This document shows, one piece after another, positions 56,960 to 64,000 of a stretch of DNA of 64,000 nt. The notes under the pieces are model-generated. The model made no database searches. It had not been told where the DNA came from and saw nothing but the letters and a program-made list of their open reading frames with translations. The stretch comes from Podarcis muralis (taxonomy: Eukaryota), in NCBI RefSeq assembly GCF_964188315.1, contig NC_135668.1, positions 31,000,001 to 31,064,000 on the forward strand, given 5' to 3'. Each line of letters begins with the position of its first letter. The stretch's first letter is position 1. A program made the position numbers and the translations under genes.

Positions 56960-57420
56960 CAGGGTTACGCCCGCCTGCTCCTACGCTTGCTGCCGGCAGG
57001 GGCCGCTGCAGGGCAGGGAGCGGCAGGCGAGTGGCACGGCAGGGCGGCGAATAACCTGCAGGGGGCGCCTCGAGCTCGCGGGGCGGCGAGCGCGTATTGC
57101 AACCCGAGCCTGGCGAAGGCGTGGCGGCCGGCCGGGGGCGGGCTGGGGCGGCCGGGGCAGAGCAGAGCCAGCCGCGGCATCCCGCAGTAGGAGCTGCGCC
57201 CTCGCCAGCCTCGCCATGCAGCCCCAGCCGGCTCTCAGCGTCAACCGCGGCCCCGCAGGTGAGACGCGGCGGAGATGAGGTCTGCTCTCTGGGGCGCTTC
57301 TGGAAGCTGGGAAGTGCAGTTGCCTGGGTTGGGAGGGAGACTGGAGGCGCGCCCACCTTCGAGGGTCCAAACCGGGGGCGGGGAGCCAGCCTCGACCGAA
57401 GGGTTGTGGGGAGATTTAGG
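56960..57420 (+). promoter_or_regulatory. Second CpG island / promoter with candidate first exon (ends 57258, donor CAG|GTGAGA); downstream gene possibly SCNN1G by synteny
   Basis: CpG-dense; GC boxes GGGGGCGGG and GGGGCGG; GCCATG at 57216 followed 43 nt later by a consensus donor. Gene identity is not visible in this window. Confidence 0.6.
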
Positions 57421-57619
57421 ACAGGCAGAAGTAAGGACAAACTATGGAACTCGCTGCCGCAGGAGCCAGCGAGTGCCCCTGTTTTGGGTGGCGTGGCATT
57501 AAAAGAAGATTGAGCTAATATATGGAGGGGAAGGCTATCGGTGGCTTCTATCAAGCCCTCTTTTGCAAGCGAAAGCTTGTTTTCTCCTGCTCTGGAGGGT
57601 AGATCTGGAACCAATGGAT

Positions 57620-57845
57620 TCAATAAAGGAGATTCCGGCTAAACATACGGAAAAAACTTTTGACAGTAAGAGCTGTTCGACTGTGAAACATTCTCCCTCG
57701 GGAGGTTGTGGACTCTCCTTCCTTGGAGGTTTTTAAGCAGAGGTTGGATGGCTATCTGTCATGGATGCCACAGCTGAGTTTCCTGCATTGCAGGGGGTTG
57801 GACTAGATGACCCCTGGGTCTCTTCCAACTCTATGATTCTATAAT
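57620..57845 (+). mobile_element. CR1 3' end (duplicated at 61829-62054)
   Basis: gactctccttccttggaggtttttaagcagaggttggatgg...ttccaactctatgattct tail. Confidence 0.85.
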
Positions 57846-60828
57846 TTGCTTATATCTTTATTCCGAATACCGGTTGCTTAACATCACAGGAGGGGGCAGT
57901 GCTGCTCTTACGCTCAGGTCCTGCTTGAGGGTTTCACAGAAGAGGCACAGAAGAGACCAGGAGGCTGGACCAGATGGGTCCCCTTTGGCCTCATCCAGCA
58001 CTGCAGGGCTCTTCTGGTGTTTTTACTCCTCTGCAGTGGGGCTCTCCCAGGGCAGACGTCTGCCCTCTCCAAGGGGTGGATGGAGAGGCGGGGGATGGGG
58101 GACAAGAATCCAGAGCCGACCATTTTAACTAGCCCTCCCCAGGGAGAAGAGGGGGTCTCCCCAGTGTTTCATCTGCCACAGTTGGAGCTACTGTCTTGCC
58201 CCCAGGCCCCCTGACATCTCCAAGCACAGACTAGACTCTTGTCTGAAATCCTGGAGAGCTCCTGCCAGTCAGTGTTGACAGTGCTGAACTCAAATGACTC
58301 AGTCGAAGGGGGCTTTCTGTCTTCCTCCTCCATCGCTCAGAAGACTTCCTTACATCCCAGGTGGCACCATTTCTTCCTGATGGTGTCACAGGAAGATGGG
58401 GTTGTATGAGGGATATAACAGCAATGCTCTTTGATTTCCCATGAAATTTCCTTCTTCCCTTTTTTTTCTGGTGATTGGAAATCAGGGAGGAGAGAGGAAG
58501 GAAGGTTGTTCCACCTTTTATTCTTATGTATCTGTTTCATTTATATGCCACCTTTTTCTCCCAGGACCTCAATGCAGCATCCCCCTCCTCATTTAATCCC
58601 CGCAACAACCCTGTGAAGTAGGTTAGGCTGAGAGGCAGTGACTGGCCCCCAGTGAAGCTCTCTCACAAGTCCTAGCCCAGCACTAACCACTGTGCCATGC
58701 TGGCTCTCTCTAGGGCTAAAGTGAGATTCCCAGCTGGGGGGCAGGTCCCTTTGCGTATTGTGGGTTGGCTGGCAGGGGCTGCCCTGAACTGTGTACCATC
58801 AGCAGAGAAGCCTCTGGCCTCTAAGGTAATCCCTGGGTGGGAAAAGGTCCCCTGGAACCACTGGAATGCCCAGAGGTGCGTGCATCTTAAAGACGGATTT
58901 CCATTCCCAGGCTAGAAAGGTGTTGATGGGAAGCAGGTGTTTGCTACTGAGAGAACCCATTTCAGGAATCAAAACAAAACAGATATCCTCTGGCTGAACA
59001 GCCACCCATAGCTATAGGGAGATGCAAGCCTCAGAGTTTCACAAAATTCTTCAAACTGTAGCAACTCCTCTATCTAGGCCTGCCACATACCCTTTTATAT
59101 ACGGTACTCTTTGTAAGCTGCTTTGAGGATTTCCGAGCGGCATATAAATTTTATGAAATAAATATATAAATACCCTTGGCCACCTGTATTTTGGGACCAA
59201 GACGGCAACTGGAGGATCTCCTTGTCTTGTGGCATACACAATCCTCAACTCACTGAAAACATAAATTGTTTTAGCATAAATTGTTAGCTTAAAACACAGT
59301 TATGCAGGGATTTTTCCTCTGTTCAGATGGAAGTTGGTTTCAGGGGAAATGCATCAGGTTGCAGTATTTTATAAGAAACGGCAGGATTGGTATGGCATAT
59401 GACTAGTGTTGTGTGTAAACCACTTTCCAAACCAGCAGTAGGTGTACGTGGGATGCAGAGTAAACAGGTGCAGTGTGGTGCAATGGTTAGCGTGTCGGAC
59501 TGGGGACCTGGGAGACCAGGGTTCAAATCCTCACTCTGTCATGAATCTCACTGGGTGAGCTTGGGCCAGTCACTGCCTCTCCATCTAGCCCACCTTACAG
59601 GGTTGTTGTGAGGATAAAGCACACACCTACACACAAGAGAGAGAGAGAGAGAGGAGGGGGGGAGGCCTGGTTGGTCTCAGCCAGACATTGCGCATTCAAT
59701 GTGCCACCAGCCCCATCCTGTGCAAACAAACACTCCGTGGAGATTCAGCAGAGGTCCTCCTCCCCTTTCACTTTCAGTCAACTCTTGGAATTTTTTTTTT
59801 TAATTCAATGCCAACTGACCTACGCAGTTCTAGGAAATGTTCTCAAGTAGCCAGTCATTGTGATGATTGTTCCCTATGGCTTTTAACAGGGGGAGTGGCC
59901 TGGCTCTTACTTTATTTATTTACCAAGAGTATTTTTATAGACCTCCCTCTGCTAAAATTACCAGGGTGGTATACAGCAATATAAAAGTCAGGCCAGGCCT
60001 GAGTCTTACCATGGGAAGAGGAATATTTGTCTTTATTTGGTCCCCTCCCCATCTCAGAGGTTGGTCTTGGTGTACTGAACACACAGCACAAATGCAAGGC
60101 TGTGGTTTTAAGAACAAAACAGCTCTAGGAGTAGGAAGAAGGGGCCAGCAAATGTCAGAAGGGGCAGGGGGGGAGACCCTTTTCAGGGAGGCTACAGTAG
60201 TGGAGTGCCAGCATTGGCAAAGGGTTGGCCTAGATGTCCTCTGAGGTCCCTGCTGACACTGTGTTTGTATTATTAAAGGCTCAACAGGTATCTGTGGCTC
60301 AGCTGGGGCCTCTGACAGTTTAAACAGGTTTGTGGCTGGTTTTAGATGTGCAACAGAGGTTTTGTGATTAAGCCTGCCATGAGAACGTCAAAAGAGCCTG
60401 CTGGGTCAGGCCAAAGGGGACCTTCTGGTGCAGCATCCTCTTCTTCCTGCGGCCAACCAGAAGCTTGTTACGGGAAAGGCTCAAGCAGGACCTGAACACA
60501 AGAGCCCTCTCTCCTCCTGTGGTTTCCAGCAACTGGTATTCAGAAGTATTACAGCCTTCCAACATGGGGGCAGGATATTGGCATCATGGCCAGTAGCACT
60601 GAGCCCTCTCCTCCACAAATTTGCCCAATCCTCTTTTAAAGCTGCCTAGGTTGGTGGCCATCACTGCGTCCTGTGGAAGTGAGTTCCACAGCTTAGCTAT
60701 GTGCTGCTGGAAGAATGACTTCCTTTTGTCTGTTCTGTTCTGAGTCTTCCAATGTTCATCTTCACTGGGTGTGCACAAGTTCTAGTGTGATGACTGTCTC
60801 AATGCTATGTGGAATTTTATAAACCTCT

Positions 60829-60955
60829 GGTCTGGATAGCTCAGTTGGTTAGAGCATGCGGCTGATAATGCCAAGGTTGCAGGTTCAATCCTTGTATGGG
60901 GCAACTACATATTCCTGGGCTAGATGATCCTTACAGCTCTGCAATTCTGTAATTC
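60829..60955 (+). mobile_element. SINE with tRNA-Ile-like head and CR1-type tail
   Basis: ggtctggatagctcagttggttagagcatgcggctgataatgccaaggttgcaggttcaatcc; acceptor stem degenerate; followed by ctagatgatcc. Confidence 0.75.
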
Positions 60956-60964
60956 ACCTCTGAC

Positions 60965-61099
60965 TCACCTTTTCTCTGAATGAAAAAGTCCCTAACGCTG
61001 CAACCTTCCATCACAGGAAGAGTTGCTCCATCCCCTTGATCATTCTGCTTGCCCTCTTCTGAACCTTTTCCAACTGTACAATATCCTCTACAACAGGGG
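60965..61099 (-). mobile_element. CR1 fragment cut at the tandem-duplication junction
   Basis: VQLEKVQKRASRMIKGMEQL on the minus strand; ends abruptly at 61099. Confidence 0.8.
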
Positions 61100-61168
61100 T
61101 TCTTTCTTTCCTTCTTTCAAACAAACAAACAAACACCATAATCCTTTCTTTCTGTTCCACTGCTGGAC

Positions 61169-61629
61169 CAGGGTTACGCCCGCCTGCTCCTACGCTTGCT
61201 GCCGGCAGGGGCCGCTGCAGGGCAGGGAGCGGCAGGCGAGTGGCACGGCAGGGCGGCGAATAACCTGCAGGGGGCGCCTCGAGCTCGCGGGGCGGCGAGC
61301 GCGTATTGCAACCCGAGCCTGGCGAAGGCGTGGCGGCCGGCCGGGGGCGGGCTGGGGCGGCCGGGGCAGAGCAGAGCCAGCCGCGGCATCCCGCAGTAGG
61401 AGCTGCGCCCTCGCCAGCCTCGCCATGCAGCCCCAGCCGGCTCTCAGCGTCAACCGCGGCCCCGCAGGTGAGACGCGGCGGAGATGAGGTCTGCTCTCTG
61501 GGGCGCTTCTGGAAGCTGGGAAGTGCAGTTGCCTGGGTTGGGAGGGAGACTGGAGGCGCGCCCACCTTCGAGGGTCCAAACCGGGGGCGGGGAGCCAGCC
61601 TCGACCGAAGGGTTGTGGGGAGATTTAGG
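61169..61629 (+). promoter_or_regulatory. Duplicate copy of the CpG island / candidate first exon (donor at 61467|61468)
   Basis: Same sequence as 56960-57420 at offset +4209. Confidence 0.6.
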
Positions 61630-64000
61630 ACAGGCAGAAGTAAGGACAAACTATGGAACTCGCTGCCGCAGGAGCCAGCGAGTGCCCCTGTTTTGGGTGG
61701 CGTGGCATTAAAAGAAGATTGAGCTAATATATGGAGGGGAAGGCTATCGGTGGCTTCTATCAAGCCCTCTTTTGCAAGCGAAAGCTTGTTTTCTCCTGCT
61801 CTGGAGGGTAGATCTGGAACCAATGGATTCAATAAAGGAGATTCCGGCTAAACATACGGAAAAAACTTTTGACAGTAAGAGCTGTTCGACTGTGAAACAT
61901 TCTCCCTCGGGAGGTTGTGGACTCTCCTTCCTTGGAGGTTTTTAAGCAGAGGTTGGATGGCTATCTGTCATGGATGCCACAGCTGAGTTTCCTGCATTGC
62001 AGGGGGTTGGACTAGATGACCCCTGGGTCTCTTCCAACTCTATGATTCTATAATTTGCTTATATCTTTATTCCGAATACCGGTTGCTTAACATCACAGGA
62101 GGGGGCAGTGCTGCTCTTACGCTCAGGTCCTGCTTGAGGGTTTCACAGAAGAGGCACAGAAGAGACCAGGAGGCTGGACCAGATGGGTCCCCTTTGGCCT
62201 CATCCAGCACTGCAGGGCTCTTCTGGTGTTTTTACTCCTCTGCAGTGGGGCTCTCCCAGGGCAGACGTCTGCCCTCTCCAAGGGGTGGATGGAGAGGCGG
62301 GGGATGGGGGACAAGAATCCAGAGCCGACCATTTTAACTAGCCCTCCCCAGGGAGAAGAGGGGGTCTCCCCAGTGTTTCATCTGCCACAGTTGGAGCTAC
62401 TGTCTTGCCCCCAGGCCCCCTGACATCTCCAAGCACAGACTAGACTCTTGTCTGAAATCCTGGAGAGCTCCTGCCAGTCAGTGTTGACAGTGCTGAACTC
62501 AAATGACTCAGTCGAAGGGGGCTTTCTGTCTTCCTCCTCCATCGCTCAGAAGACTTCCTTACATCCCAGGTGGCACCATTTCTTCCTGATGGTGTCACAG
62601 GAAGATGGGGTTGTATGAGGGATATAACAGCAATGCTCTTTGATTTCCCATGAAATTTCCTTCTTCCCTTTTTTTTCTGGTGATTGGAAATCAGGGAGGA
62701 GAGAGGAAGGAAGGTTGTTCCACCTTTTATTCTTATGTATCTGTTTCATTTATATGCCACCTTTTTCTCCCAGGACCTCAATGCAGCATCCCCCTCCTCA
62801 TTTAATCCCCGCAACAACCCTGTGAAGTAGGTTAGGCTGAGAGGCAGTGACTGGCCCCCAGTGAAGCTCTCTCACAAGTCCTAGCCCAGCACTAACCACT
62901 GTGCCATGCTGGCTCTCTCTAGGGCTAAAGTGAGATTCCCAGCTGGGGGGCAGGTCCCTTTGCGTATTGTGGGTTGGCTGGCAGGGGCTGCCCTGAACTG
63001 TGTACCATCAGCAGAGAAGCCTCTGGCCTCTAAGGTAATCCCTGGGTGGGAAAAGGTCCCCTGGAACCACTGGAATGCCCAGAGGTGCGTGCATCTTAAA
63101 GACGGATTTCCATTCCCAGGCTAGAAAGGTGTTGATGGGAAGCAGGTGTTTGCTACTGAGAGAACCCATTTCAGGAATCAAAACAAAACAGATATCCTCT
63201 GGCTGAACAGCCACCCATAGCTATAGGGAGATGCAAGCCTCAGAGTTTCACAAAATTCTTCAAACTGTAGCAACTCCTCTATCTAGGCCTGCCACATACC
63301 CTTTTATATACGGTACTCTTTGTAAGCTGCTTTGAGGATTTCCGAGCGGCATATAAATTTTATGAAATAAATATATAAATACCCTTGGCCACCTGTATTT
63401 TGGGACCAAGACGGCAACTGGAGGATCTCCTTGTCTTGTGGCATACACAATCCTCAACTCACTGAAAACATAAATTGTTTTAGCATAAATTGTTAGCTTA
63501 AAACACAGTTATGCAGGGATTTTTCCTCTGTTCAGATGGAAGTTGGTTTCAGGGGAAATGCATCAGGTTGCAGTATTTTATAAGAAACGGCAGGATTGGT
63601 ATGGCATATGACTAGTGTTGTGTGTAAACCACTTTCCAAACCAGCAGTAGGTGTACGTGGGATGCAGAGTAAACAGGTGCAGTGTGGTGCAATGGTTAGC
63701 GTGTCGGACTGGGGACCTGGGAGACCAGGGTTCAAATCCTCACTCTGTCATGAATCTCACTGGGTGAGCTTGGGCCAGTCACTGCCTCTCCATCTAGCCC
63801 ACCTTACAGGGTTGTTGTGAGGATAAAGCACACACCTACACACAAGAGAGAGAGAGAGAGAGGAGGGGGGGAGGCCTGGTTGGTCTCAGCCAGACATTGC
63901 GCATTCAATGTGCCACCAGCCCCATCCTGTGCAAACAAACACTCCGTGGAGATTCAGCAGAGGTCCTCCTCCCCTTTCACTTTCAGTCAACTCTTGGAAT

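Larger units (their letters stand above)
56891..64000 (+). repeat. Head-to-tail tandem duplication, unit 4209 bp (copy 1 56891-61099; copy 2 61100 to window end)
   Basis: ORFs repeat identically at a constant 4209 offset; spot-checked homopolymers and the (GA)n tract match; identity begins at 56891/61100. Confidence 0.97.

Noticed and set aside
60829-60903. Possible tRNA-Ile gene
   Set aside because: The acceptor stem and T-arm are degenerate and a CR1-type tail follows, so it is a SINE head. The same applies to the tRNA-Lys-like sequence at 22734.
56883-61832. 246-aa and 273-aa minus-strand ORFs and other ORFs over the duplicated CpG islands
   Set aside because: Stop-poor GC-rich sequence; the longer version simply reads through the junction into a CR1 fragment.
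56891-64000. The direct repeat as the two LTRs of a retrovirus or as a CRISPR-like array
   Set aside because: The unit is 4.2 kb of ordinary genomic sequence with no intervening internal region, no TG...CA ends and no spacer structure.

Overview
Squamate genomic DNA, most likely a lacertid lizard (judged from the Sauria SINE subfamily and BovB content). It contains the complete USP31 deubiquitinase gene on the minus strand. I traced 16 coding exons, all with GT-AG boundaries and consistent phase. The CDS spans 49327..16350 (4236 nt, 1411 aa). The 5' end lies in a CpG island, and a ~5.1-kb 3' UTR ends at a strong poly(A) cassette near 11230. The rest is intronic or intergenic and rich in transposable elements: Sauria and other tRNA-derived SINEs, BovB/RTE, CR1, L2, L1, hAT and Tigger-like MITEs, a solo LTR, a 5S rRNA pseudogene and a degraded divergent hAT-like transposase. 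The right end holds an apparently identical 4209-bp head-to-tail duplication carrying a second CpG-island promoter and a candidate first exon (possibly SCNN1G, by synteny only). I found no convincing new biological system. The best leads are the promoter duplication, a 1.7-kb non-coding L1-mobilised element next to the USP31 promoter, the hATm/hATx-like fossil, the USP31 uORF cluster and a symmetric bidirectional poly(A) cassette. All comparisons were made by eye; no database searches were run.
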